Assembly: GCA_032249235.1 (NCBI GenBank)
Contig: JAVVGF010000004.1
Coordinates: forward strand, 96,001 to 160,000
From: Thermoproteota archaeon
GTDB taxonomy: Archaea > Thermoproteota > Thermoprotei > Gearchaeales > Gearchaeaceae
Reading direction: 5' to 3'
Length of the DNA stretch: 64,000 nt
The translations under genes were made by a program, and so were the position numbers. The notes beneath the pieces were generated by a model, which was not told the origin of the DNA, did no database searches, and worked only from the letters and a program-made list of their open reading frames with translations. This document shows positions 29,858 through 40,594 of the stretch, one piece after another (the first letter of the stretch is position 1; each line of letters opens with the position of its first letter).

Positions 29858-30607
29858 GTGCTAGAATATTCAAAAATCTCTGAATCATATGATGAAGTAT
29901 CAAAGATATATGATGAAGATGTACTATCGAATAAGAATTTTTATTATTTATATCTTGAAGCTTTAAGCTATCTCTTTTCACAGTTCAAAAAAGGAGATAT
30001 TGTTCTCGATTTAGGTTGCGGTACAGGTTTAGAAGCAATACCTTTGGCATTGAAAGGTGTTAAAGTTGTAGGTGTTGATATTTCTCAAGGCATGCTTTCC
30101 AAATTAAAAAGAAAGCTTGAAATTATTAATATAAAGAATGTAGAGATCTATCAAATGCCTATTTCTAATATTTCTAAACTAATTAATATTTATGGAGAAG
30201 AAGTTTTTGATGGAGCATATTCTTTCTTCGGCCCTTTAAACAGTGAACCAAATATATATGCAGTTAATTATGCTTTATACAGATTATTAAAGAAGGGTGC
30301 ATCATTCATACCGATAGTAATTAATAGATGGTGTTTGTACGATCTCTTAACATTTAAGCCTAGGAAAAGATATGGTATATATAAGAAATTTAAAATCAGA
30401 TATTATCAACCTGCTGAATTTATGAATTTATTTAAAAACTTTCATGTAAAAGAAATAAGAGGATTAGGTGTATTTTTACCTCATCGAAATTCAAAAATTA
30501 AAGATAAAAATTTATTAAATTTATTATTTAAAATAGATTCATACATATCAAAGTTATTTCCATTTAATTATTTAGGAACGGATTTTTTAATTAAGTTTAT
30601 TAAATGA
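29858..30607 (+). CDS. class I SAM-dependent methyltransferase
   Basis: VLDLGCGTG and VVGVDIS motifs. Confidence 0.9.
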   Translation: MLEYSKISESYDEVSKIYDEDVLSNKNFYYLYLEALSYLFSQFKKGDIVLDLGCGTGLEAIPLALKGVKVVGVDISQGMLSKLKRKLEIINIKNVEIYQMPISNISKLINIYGEEVFDGAYSFFGPLNSEPNIYAVNYALYRLLKKGASFIPIVINRWCLYDLLTFKPRKRYGIYKKFKIRYYQPAEFMNLFKNFHVKEIRGLGVFLPHRNSKIKDKNLLNLLFKIDSYISKLFPFNYLGTDFLIKFIK

Positions 30608-31020
30608 AACTCATGTATTTTGTTCATCTCGTAGTTGAACTTAGGAATTTTAAATTAACCTTTGCATTTGAAAAAGTTAAAATATTTGATGACTTTCTGT
30701 ATGTTGAAATAAAGTATCTCAGAAAAATGGAAAAGCATTTTATAAAATCAAAGAATCGGTTCCTTCAAGGTATTGTTCAATTGAATGGAAAGTATTTTTA
30801 TTATGATGGATATTCTCCTTATTGGATATCCAGTCTATCTAAAAGCGTTAAAATATATCATCAAACATTTAATAGGCTGATCGGCACCATCTATTATATA
30901 TTTGATGAGCCTGTAAGAGGAATATTCATATTTAATAAAAAATACGAAGAATTGTTTTGTATACGTGTACTGGACTATGGAAAAACTAAAAATTTTAAGG
31001 TAATATTGAGAGTAAAATGA
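30604..31020 (+). CDS. hypothetical protein
   Basis: 138 aa, with 4-nt overlaps to neighbours on both sides. Confidence 0.55.
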   Translation: MKLMYFVHLVVELRNFKLTFAFEKVKIFDDFLYVEIKYLRKMEKHFIKSKNRFLQGIVQLNGKYFYYDGYSPYWISSLSKSVKIYHQTFNRLIGTIYYIFDEPVRGIFIFNKKYEELFCIRVLDYGKTKNFKVILRVK

Positions 31021-31380
31021 ACAGCGTTGTAATTCTAATTTTAATTATAATAGGTTCGAAAACTAGGCAACTATTTTGTAAGATATGTTGAAAGTGCCAA
31101 AATATCAAATTTCCTGTTGATGTTTATTTAATTAATACTACATCTACAGATAAAAATGGAGGGATTATAGAAAAATTTGATGTCGATCTAATTTTACATA
31201 AGAAGAATTACGGATACGTAGTTGTTTTAATTTAGCTACTAAAAAATTATTTTGAATATAAAAGATATGACTAGCCAGTGCTTATGAATAACGATTATAA
31301 TTACATACTTTATTATACAATAAACTAATATTATTCTTGATATTTTCCATCTTCTTCATGAAAAACAAAGATGTTAGAGT
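31017..31380 (+). pseudogene. GT2 glycosyltransferase pseudogene, N-terminal fragment
   Basis: Frameshifted pieces MNSVVILIL/NYN, VDVYLINTTSTD...KNYGY, FNLA and YD*PVLMNND match the GT2 N-terminus. Confidence 0.75.
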
Positions 31381-32088
31381 TCAATTCTTTGAAGTTCCTT
31401 TTTTCTTAATTTCTAACTCTAAACTATTAACATATTCTTCTACTTCTTTAACCCATTTCTGAAATTCATCTTTAACTTTATCCTTAGGATAATTTCCATT
31501 ATAAAAATAATTTATATGAAGCGTATTGATAAACTCGTTGAAATTCCTTCTATAAGGTTCCGGTAATTCTTTTTTAATGAAACCCCATTTGCTTATTTCT
31601 GTTGAGAGATAAACCATTGAAGCTATTCTAGCTGCATGAAAGAGGGCATCAAAAGCTTCTCTGCAAAGTCTATCTTTATCAAGAGGATCTTCTGTTTCTA
31701 ATGCAAGTTTCAAAAGCGAGCTTGCTATTCTCAATGAAGATTTGGCTTCCTCGAATGTCGGATCTCCTAGATCTTTAGCATATCTGAGCAAGTATTCGCC
31801 ACTCCCATATAGAATCTTAAAGGCACCTAAGATTCCTATTAATAGTTCCTTTCTAGGTTTCTCGTTAATGTTGAATACCAGAATATCAACATTGATGGAT
31901 GCATTTTCAGGATTTACAATATCAAAGTATTTTTCATATTCTTTAGCTTTCTTAGTTATTACAAGGAGGTCTATATCTTTAGAGTATTCTGGGGCATAAA
32001 CGGAAGAGCCAAATTGAATGATTTCAACTATATCTTGATCATATTTTATAAGATTTTTGCAAATTTCTTCTAAATATTCTTGTTTCAT
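31381..32088 (-). CDS. fused minimal nucleotidyltransferase (MNT) + HEPN/PaREP1-like helical domain
   Basis: FGSS...DIDLLV NTase motif. C-terminal helical bundle AFDALFHAAR...LHINYFY. Confidence 0.75.
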   Translation of the reverse strand: MKQEYLEEICKNLIKYDQDIVEIIQFGSSVYAPEYSKDIDLLVITKKAKEYEKYFDIVNPENASINVDILVFNINEKPRKELLIGILGAFKILYGSGEYLLRYAKDLGDPTFEEAKSSLRIASSLLKLALETEDPLDKDRLCREAFDALFHAARIASMVYLSTEISKWGFIKKELPEPYRRNFNEFINTLHINYFYNGNYPKDKVKDEFQKWVKEVEEYVNSLELEIKKKGTSKN

Positions 32089-32176
32089 TATTTGATATTT
32101 CTTAATATTAATTCGACATTAAAGTTATTTATAATTAAAGATAAATTATAAGTGAGAATTTGCGTAATCCCTAGCT

Positions 32177-32530
32177 ATGAGACATTTGTTTGTAAAGGCT
32201 AGATTTAGAGGAAAAGACGAGATAGAGTTTGAAAGAATTCTTGTTGATACAGGAGCTTCATTTACAGTTATGCCCCTTGATGTTGCTGAAAAACACTTCC
32301 TTGAAACACCCTTTACAGTTGATCTTAAGCTTGGTGATGGTAGAGTTGTAAGAGCTAAAGTATTCATTGCTGAGGGTGAGATTGAAGGTAGAAAGGGCCC
32401 GCTAAGAATATTAGCTTTTGAGAAAGCTATACCAGTGATAGGTATCGATACCCTTGAAACTCTAGGTCTTAAAGTAGATCCTATAACAGGTAAGATAGAG
32501 AAAACGGAGTATTACATGCTATATATTTGA
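32177..32530 (+). CDS. clan AA (retropepsin-like) aspartic protease
   Basis: LVDTGA, LGDG and IGIDTLETLGLKVDP motifs. Confidence 0.88.
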   Translation: MRHLFVKARFRGKDEIEFERILVDTGASFTVMPLDVAEKHFLETPFTVDLKLGDGRVVRAKVFIAEGEIEGRKGPLRILAFEKAIPVIGIDTLETLGLKVDPITGKIEKTEYYMLYI

Positions 32531-32649
32531 TCCTCCTTATTATTTGGATTTTGAAGATATAGAGGCTGGTTTCTCATTTTGGAATAAAGGATACTACAGT
32601 GCAATATTACCTATTGAAGGAGGAATTCATTTAGAAGAGAAGACTTTAC
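32520..32649 (+). pseudogene. GT2 glycosyltransferase pseudogene, middle fragment
   Basis: YIFDPPYYLDFEDIEAGFSFWNKGY...P....H matches the GT2 FD....Y.ED.D...G...P...H motif. Confidence 0.8.
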
Positions 32650-33900
<1,251 letters not shown>

Positions 33901-33920
<20 letters not shown>

Positions 33921-34280
33921 CAATATCTCATAAACAGGAACAGAATATTTTGTTATAGAAAAATTTGGAATAATAAGCCTTTAAACATTAGTCTTAAAGT
34001 CTCACTATTAAGAAGATTATTTTTTGAATTAAAATTTAAAAGAAAAGAAAGAATCAGAGGAATTTTTGACGGTTTAACAAAAGATTTCTTTTATAAATTC
34101 GATGGGAAATATTATCCATTGTTGATCACACCTGATTTTAAGGATATTTTCAGCCATTTATTCACAATGAGAAGATGGATGAAACAATTAGAAATGTTAA
34201 GGACTTCATTTATTACAGATAATGAAATAAAAGGATCTCAATTTCCCTTTTTAATAAATATAAAAAAACTGATAAAATAA
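33901..34280 (+). pseudogene. GT2 glycosyltransferase pseudogene, C-terminal fragment
   Basis: YLINRNRIFCYRK and RGIFDGL are typical of the GT2 (WbbL-like) C-terminus. In frame with 32520-32649 after IS removal. Confidence 0.8.
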
Positions 34281-34320
34281 AGGATGAGCCAGAAAAATAT
34301 GCTATGCGTTTCTTTTAAAA

Positions 34321-34914
34321 ATGGTCGCTAGTGCCTTACATTTACTTTCTGGTATAGCTCTTTCACCTTTTGTTAAAAACAATCAAGTAAAGATTTCTCT
34401 TGTATTAGGTAGCTATATTCCTGACTTCGATATTTTGCTAATTCCCTATTTGGAACCTGCAATTAGAGCACATAGAACCTTTGCGCATTCTCTTTATTTA
34501 ATTGCCCTTTTACTCCTTTTATTCAAAATAACAAAGAAAAAGTATTTCTTAGGATTTGCCTTAGGTTTTTCATTGCATATAGCTTTAGATATTCCTTTTG
34601 ATGGGGGAGTTTACCTTCTTTATCCCTTTATTGAATATCCTTTTGGTTTCAATTTTTCGCATTTATTTTTAACTTCTTTATTTGCAGATATAATCTATTC
34701 GCTTATTGTTGTTTATTTATTATTTATATTCTCCATATTTTACCTTAAAAAGAAGATCGTATATAATCTTATTATTACTGTATCATTTTCTGTTATACTT
34801 TATGCTAGTTTAATTATAAACATTATTCCAAGTTTTATACCTTTCATACTTTTACCTTTAATTTGTTATTGGTATAGATCTATCATTTATAAATGGAATT
34901 TAGGAGTTGCATAA
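34321..34914 (+). CDS. membrane metal-dependent hydrolase (YdjM/DUF457-like)
   Basis: H, PDFD, HRTFAHS, HIALD and LLYPF motifs. Confidence 0.85.
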   Translation: MVASALHLLSGIALSPFVKNNQVKISLVLGSYIPDFDILLIPYLEPAIRAHRTFAHSLYLIALLLLLFKITKKKYFLGFALGFSLHIALDIPFDGGVYLLYPFIEYPFGFNFSHLFLTSLFADIIYSLIVVYLLFIFSIFYLKKKIVYNLIITVSFSVILYASLIINIIPSFIPFILLPLICYWYRSIIYKWNLGVA

Positions 34915-35048
34915 GTATATAAAATGGTATTTTGCTAATCTTTTTTTATGTTTTCAGTTTAGTTGCCTAACATATATGTATTTTTATTAAGTTTAAATAC
35001 TTTTTATGTGAGTTTCTTTGATAAATTTTTTATTGAGTTAAGATATAG

Positions 35049-35669
35049 TTGATTATGGCTCGTGAAAACATTAAGCCTAGTATTGCCTTTAGGAATAGCG
35101 TTATAATTCTGATTTTATGGATTGCATTGTATCTAATCATCTCTGCTTTGATAAATAGCTTTATTCCCATCTATTACAAAGAATTCAATACTTACGTTTT
35201 AACACCTTATGGTTCTTATATAAACATCGTTCTTGCACTAGTTTTCGGTTACATGATCATCGTTTCTTTTTCAAATGTAGCTTATTGGTCATTAAGGCTG
35301 AGATATCCTCATGGTACGGCGCAAGCTGTGAAGAGCGTATTCATGATAATTGGTATAGGAGCTCTTTTAGCTAGCATAGCAGGCGCAGTAGCAGGAGGCG
35401 CCGCAGGTGTAGCATTAGGTGGCTTCATTGGATTAGTAATAGGATTCGCTTCTCAACAAGTTTTAGGACAAGCTATTGCAGGGCTTTTTATTCTTTTAGC
35501 TAGACCAATAAGAATAGGCGATTACGCTACTTTAGCTGGTGAAACAGGGGCTATTGAAGATATAAGTTCAATGTTTACAATAGTTAGAAAAGATGACGGT
35601 GTTCTAGTTTTAATTCCAAATAACATGTTAATAGGTTCGAAGATATACGTGATAAAAAGAAGCACTTAA
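35049..35669 (+). CDS. small-conductance mechanosensitive channel (MscS family)
   Basis: IGFASQQVLGQAIAG...RPIRIGD...IPNN motif. Confidence 0.9.
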   Translation: MIMARENIKPSIAFRNSVIILILWIALYLIISALINSFIPIYYKEFNTYVLTPYGSYINIVLALVFGYMIIVSFSNVAYWSLRLRYPHGTAQAVKSVFMIIGIGALLASIAGAVAGGAAGVALGGFIGLVIGFASQQVLGQAIAGLFILLARPIRIGDYATLAGETGAIEDISSMFTIVRKDDGVLVLIPNNMLIGSKIYVIKRST

Positions 35670-35741
35670 TTTTATTATTTTTTGCTAGTTGATTGTTAAT
35701 CAATTTTAGAAAGTTTATATATGCATATGTATAATATTATT

Positions 35742-36155
35742 ATGGCTGAAGAAAAACCTACTGCAGCATTCGTTCTATCTCTTATAGGAGGAATATTCAT
35801 ATTACTTCATGCAATAGCAGTACTAATATTTGTAGGAGTAATAGGCTCAGCATTTTCCGTTGTTCCTATTTTTGGAATGATAGGCGGATTATTAATGATT
35901 TTTGGTATCGTAGGTTTGATCTTTGCAATTTTGGTAATAATAGGTGCAGTGATGATAAATTCTGGTGATCCTCAAAGAGTAAGAACAGGTGGCATACTCG
36001 TTTTGATTTTTTCGATTCTTTCTCTTTTCACAGCTGGCGGAGGATTTTTTATTGGCTTCATATTAGGTTTAGTAGGAGGAATTCTTGCATTGGTTTGGAA
36101 ACCTTCGAAAGCTCCAGTTACTCAAGAAGCTACGGCACCTCCACCTCCTAGTTGA
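35742..36155 (+). CDS. 4-TM Gly-rich membrane protein (DUF4064/DUF6114-like)
   Basis: KPTAAFVLSLIGGI...GGFFIGFILGLVGGILAL. TATA TTTATATA at 35714-21 favours a leaderless start at 35742. Confidence 0.75.
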   Translation: MAEEKPTAAFVLSLIGGIFILLHAIAVLIFVGVIGSAFSVVPIFGMIGGLLMIFGIVGLIFAILVIIGAVMINSGDPQRVRTGGILVLIFSILSLFTAGGGFFIGFILGLVGGILALVWKPSKAPVTQEATAPPPPS

Positions 36156-36776
36156 AAATTTTAATTTTTTCTATTCATATTTTTGTTCATGAATATGTAA
36201 AAGACATATTAAAGACTAATCAATAAATAAGGAAAATCAGAGAAAATTCAATAAACTTATACTAAATTTAAAATTATTTTTTTCAATTTTGCTGTAATCC
36301 AACAATATTTAATATAAAATTTAAATTCTTTTTTATTGTTTTAATATTAGAAATGTAGCAAATATATATTAATATATTGATCTCATATTTTTAATAATAG
36401 TTATATTAAAGATATTAGAGACGGTAGTTTTATTTTAATTATATTTGTCTGTGCATCTCATTACTAATATTGACTATTTTATCTATTTTTAATTTAAAAA
36501 AGAAAATCTTTCCTTCAAGGCTAAAGGAAATCAGTCTGGCTTAAGCTATTAGTTTAGAAAAGGTTCACAAGGCTTATAATATTTATCTTTATTAATTGTA
36601 GTGCTTAACTTTTTTGATTTAGGTTCTCAATTTTAATTTTTATTCAAATCTAATAGGGATGATGACTCGTCGTATGCTTTACTTTATAATACTTTCTTTA
36701 GCTGTTGGATAATTCAAATAATAATGAAATATGGCTTAAGATTATTAATCTTATAATCTTTAAAAAATTTATTTAT

Positions 36777-37566
36777 TTAACCATAATTAACATAGAAACT
36801 TGTCCCATCTTGTGTTAAAGGAGAAGGTGTTGCTAATATCGTGCTAAATTTTCCTCCGGACACCATGATTATTTGAACATAGCTAAATGAACCTATAGCT
36901 CCTTGTACTCCATTAATTACTGCATAATTTGTAAACGTTACGCTTGTATAATCATAACCGAAATATGCTCTTCCAAAGTTAGCTAGCTTTGTTAAGCTAT
37001 ATCCTATTGCTGGTCTTTCGACAATCCATTCAGCTGAGCTTCTTTGTGCACCGCTAACAGTTGTAGGAGGTGAAGTGTATGTCCATCCTTGTGTCAAATC
37101 TTGAAGGAAGGTAGTGAAAGTATTTGATACTGGATCATATGTGACGTATGCATATATTATATCTCCGGGTTTAATTACGTAGCTGCTTGGTGCATAAACA
37201 GGAGAAGCTGGATAATATTCATACCATGCATAATAATAAGCTATTCCATGATAACATTGGGCTAAAATTCCTGTCTGTTCTACTGTGTTGCTATTATATC
37301 CATCTATACCTACCCATAATGCTACATAAGTTGTTTTTGTTGAGCAAGTAACAGATGGAACAATCCAAGATCCGTATACAGCGCTAACAGCTCCTGTTTG
37401 TGTCGGTATTGCATAGCCAGCCCAGTTCAAAGAGTATGTGGAGGTTTGATACGAATACTTGTAAACTAATACATCTTTATTCAAAGGTTCTGCCAGAATT
37501 GGTGCTATAATTGAAGTAGCAAATATTAGAAGAATAACAACAACTACTATGCTAGATTTTTTTCAT
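36777..37566 (-). pseudogene. G1 family glutamic peptidase, frameshifted in an A7 tract after the start codon
   Basis: SLNWAGY, WVGIDG, EQTG, AWYE and SAEWIVERP motifs. The signal peptide is in frame only if A7 (37557-63) were A6. Confidence 0.8.
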
Positions 37567-37673
37567 GAAGATTAGTTTTTATATCCTTATAAACTTTTTG
37601 TAATTATCTTCAGAAAAAATTATCAAAAAGATTTTTCTAGGAAAAATAATAAAGATTACTCTCAGACTTATGT

Positions 37674-38651
37674 TTATTGTTTATTTTTTTCGTTATAAAG
37701 ATGACATGCTACTTTTTTATTGCCAATAATTATCATTTGTGGTTTTTCTTTTTTGCATATTTCCATTGCGAATGGACATCTGGGATGAAATCTGCAACCT
37801 GTTGGAGGATATCTATAATCAGGAGGATTACCTTTGATTCCTTCACCAATACCTTTACCAGAAATTCTAGGAGCATTTTGCAGTAATAATTGTGTATAAG
37901 GATGCAATGGTTCTTTGAAGAGTTCTCTTGTAGGAGCTTCCTCGACTATATCGCCTCCATACATTACATAAGTTCTATCTGTAATCCTAGAAACCATTCC
38001 TAATGCATGAGAAACTAATATTAAGCTCAGCTTTCTCTTTTGTACTTCATTATTCAATAATTTGAGTATTTGGTCTTGGATGGTTACGTCTAGATTTGTT
38101 GTAGGTTCATCAGCAAGTAAAAGTTCTTTGGCTGAAGCGAGCGCCATAGCTATCATTACTCTTTGTCTCATACCACCGCTTAGCTGGAAAGGATATGAAT
38201 CAAGTATCCTTTCAGGTTGAGGTAAAGCTACTTCTTTTAGTAATTGTTCTGCTCTTGCAAGTAATTCTTTCTTGTCTTTTTCGGCATCATTTTCTGAATA
38301 TTTCAGTATTTCTAAGATTTGATCTTTAATTTTAAATACAGGATTGAGCGCTGATAGCGGATCTTGGAATATCATTCCTATGTGTTTTCTTCTAATCATA
38401 TTCAATTCATCATTTTTCATTTTCAGAATATTTTTTCCTTTGAATAAAATATCTCCTGAAATAATTTTACCTTGAGGCGGAAGAATTCTCAATATTGATT
38501 TCAACAACGTAGTTTTTCCACTACCAGATTCTCCTATCAACCCAATTTTTTCACCAGCATTTACGCTTAGCGATGCACCATTGATAACTTTATATGTATA
38601 CCAATAGCTATAGTAATTAACAAAAAGATTTTGTAGATTAAGTAATTCCAT
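37674..38651 (-). CDS. Dpp/Opp ABC ATPase (DppD-like)
   Basis: GESGSGKT, LSGGMRQR, DEPTT and GCRFHPRC motifs. Confidence 0.93.
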   Translation of the reverse strand: MELLNLQNLFVNYYSYWYTYKVINGASLSVNAGEKIGLIGESGSGKTTLLKSILRILPPQGKIISGDILFKGKNILKMKNDELNMIRRKHIGMIFQDPLSALNPVFKIKDQILEILKYSENDAEKDKKELLARAEQLLKEVALPQPERILDSYPFQLSGGMRQRVMIAMALASAKELLLADEPTTNLDVTIQDQILKLLNNEVQKRKLSLILVSHALGMVSRITDRTYVMYGGDIVEEAPTRELFKEPLHPYTQLLLQNAPRISGKGIGEGIKGNPPDYRYPPTGCRFHPRCPFAMEICKKEKPQMIIIGNKKVACHLYNEKNKQ

Positions 38652-39547
38652 TATTCGCTTGCAAATGCATCTCTAACACCATCACCTATTAAGTTAAAGG
38701 ATAAAATTAGTAAGACGATACCGAAAGCTGGACCGAAAGTCATCCACCAGTAATCTGGCAAATATCTTCCATACTCAGATACCATCGTGCCTAAATCAGG
38801 TGTAGGGGGCTGTGCTCCTAAGCCTACAAAACTTATTGCTGCACCAATTATGATAACCCATCCTGCATCAAGAGTTACTTTTGTAAGTATTGAGCCAAGC
38901 ATGTTAGGTAATAATTCTTTGAATAAAATTCTATAAGTAGGTTCTCCAATAGCTTTCGCTGCAAGAACATAAGGTTCATTTCTTAAAGAAGAAGTCATCG
39001 AATAAACCAATCTTACGTACCATGGCCACCACATAAGCGAAACAGCCATCATCGCATTGAATACATTCGGTTCAAGAACAGATGCTATAGATAGTGCAAG
39101 GACTAAAGGAGGCAATGCAACGAATATTTCTGAAATTCTTACAATTATTTGTTCTATCCAAGTACCTCTATAATACCCCGCTATTAAGCCTAATATTACT
39201 CCTGTAGGGACAACTAAGCTTAACACAACCGCTACCATCATAAACGCATAGCGAAAACCAAAAATTGTTCTTGACAATACATCTCTGCCATACATATCAG
39301 TTCCGAATAAATGACTTAAACTAGGTGGTTGATATCTTTCACTAAAATTTATATATAATCCGGCATGATTTGGATATGGAGCCAAATAATCTGCAAATAT
39401 AGCTAGAATAATTATACCAAATAAAATGCCTAAGCCGAGAACGGAAAGCTTATTTCTGGAAAATCTGTACCATGTTCTTTTAAGGTTTTCTATTCTCATC
39501 TCTCTCTGTTTCCTTGTTAATAATTCGTAAAATGGGTCTTCTTTCAT
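38651..39547 (-). CDS. Dpp/Opp ABC permease (DppC-like)
   Basis: HLFGTD..GRD, EAA-like YVLAAKAIG, and LIGDGVRDA motifs. Confidence 0.93.
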   Translation of the reverse strand: MKEDPFYELLTRKQREMRIENLKRTWYRFSRNKLSVLGLGILFGIIILAIFADYLAPYPNHAGLYINFSERYQPPSLSHLFGTDMYGRDVLSRTIFGFRYAFMMVAVVLSLVVPTGVILGLIAGYYRGTWIEQIIVRISEIFVALPPLVLALSIASVLEPNVFNAMMAVSLMWWPWYVRLVYSMTSSLRNEPYVLAAKAIGEPTYRILFKELLPNMLGSILTKVTLDAGWVIIIGAAISFVGLGAQPPTPDLGTMVSEYGRYLPDYWWMTFGPAFGIVLLILSFNLIGDGVRDAFASE

Positions 39548-40582
39548 CTAACTTTTTTCACGATATTTTATTCTAGGATCCAAATAATATATTATCAAAT
39601 CTACTATAAGATTTGCTATTATGAATATTACTCCAATAACTAAGGTAACACCTACTATAGCGTTTAAGTCCTTTCTCAACATAGCATTTATTCCATATCT
39701 AGATAGACCTGGCCAATTAAAAATTAATTCTACAAGGAAAGCATTTCCTAAAAGAGATGCTATATCAAGGCCCATTACTGCAATTACTGGTATCAAAGAA
39801 GGTTTCAGCGCGTATTTAAAATAAATAGTTGTCTCAGGAATTCCGTGTGATTTGAAATTCAAAACATAATCCTTTCCAATGTTTTCTATAAGATTTGCTC
39901 TTAATATTCTTGCATCTTGAGCTATTGGACCAATAGCTAATGCGGTAGCTGGAAGAATTAAATGTTTAATAGAGTCTATAAATGCTGGCAAATTGCCTGC
40001 CAAAAGTGAATCAATGGTCATAAAACCCGTCACTCTTGGAGGAGGAATCACATTATCGCTAATCCTACCGACAGCTGGTAGAAGATTTAGCCAATACGCA
40101 AAGACAAGTTGAAATATTATAGCCCATACAAATGAAGGTATTGATATTCCAACATAAGCGAACAACCTCATTGCATTATCAACAATCGAACCTGGTCTTC
40201 TGCCACTTATAACACCTAATATAAGTGCTCCAATAACTAAAATTATACCTGAGAATAAAATTAACTCAAGCGTAGCAGGAAGAAATTCGCGAATATCGTC
40301 TGAAACGTCTCTAAAAGTAACTAATGATTGACCTAAACTGAAATGAATGACATCGTTTAACCAATAAAAATATTGAATATAGATAGGTTGATCTAAATGT
40401 AGTTGTTCTCTATATCTTTGCACAACATCTTCAGGAGCTCTCGGACCTAAAGCTAATCTTGCTGGATCTCCTGGTAAGAGTCTAGCTAAAGTGAAAATGA
40501 GGATTGAAAGACCAAAAAGAACCAATATAGAGTAGAGAAACCTCCTAAATAAAATATTATCAAATACTCTTTTTATTTTCAT
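39548..40582 (-). CDS. Dpp/Opp ABC permease (DppB-like)
   Basis: LPGDPA, LPATLEL, VELIFNWPG and LDPRI motifs. Confidence 0.93.
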   Translation of the reverse strand: MKIKRVFDNILFRRFLYSILVLFGLSILIFTLARLLPGDPARLALGPRAPEDVVQRYREQLHLDQPIYIQYFYWLNDVIHFSLGQSLVTFRDVSDDIREFLPATLELILFSGIILVIGALILGVISGRRPGSIVDNAMRLFAYVGISIPSFVWAIIFQLVFAYWLNLLPAVGRISDNVIPPPRVTGFMTIDSLLAGNLPAFIDSIKHLILPATALAIGPIAQDARILRANLIENIGKDYVLNFKSHGIPETTIYFKYALKPSLIPVIAVMGLDIASLLGNAFLVELIFNWPGLSRYGINAMLRKDLNAIVGVTLVIGVIFIIANLIVDLIIYYLDPRIKYREKS

Positions 40583-40594
40583 AAAAAAGTGAAT

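Noticed and set aside
36156-36776. Replication origin in a long AT-rich intergenic region
   Set aside because: No ORB-like repeats and no cdc6/orc1 nearby.
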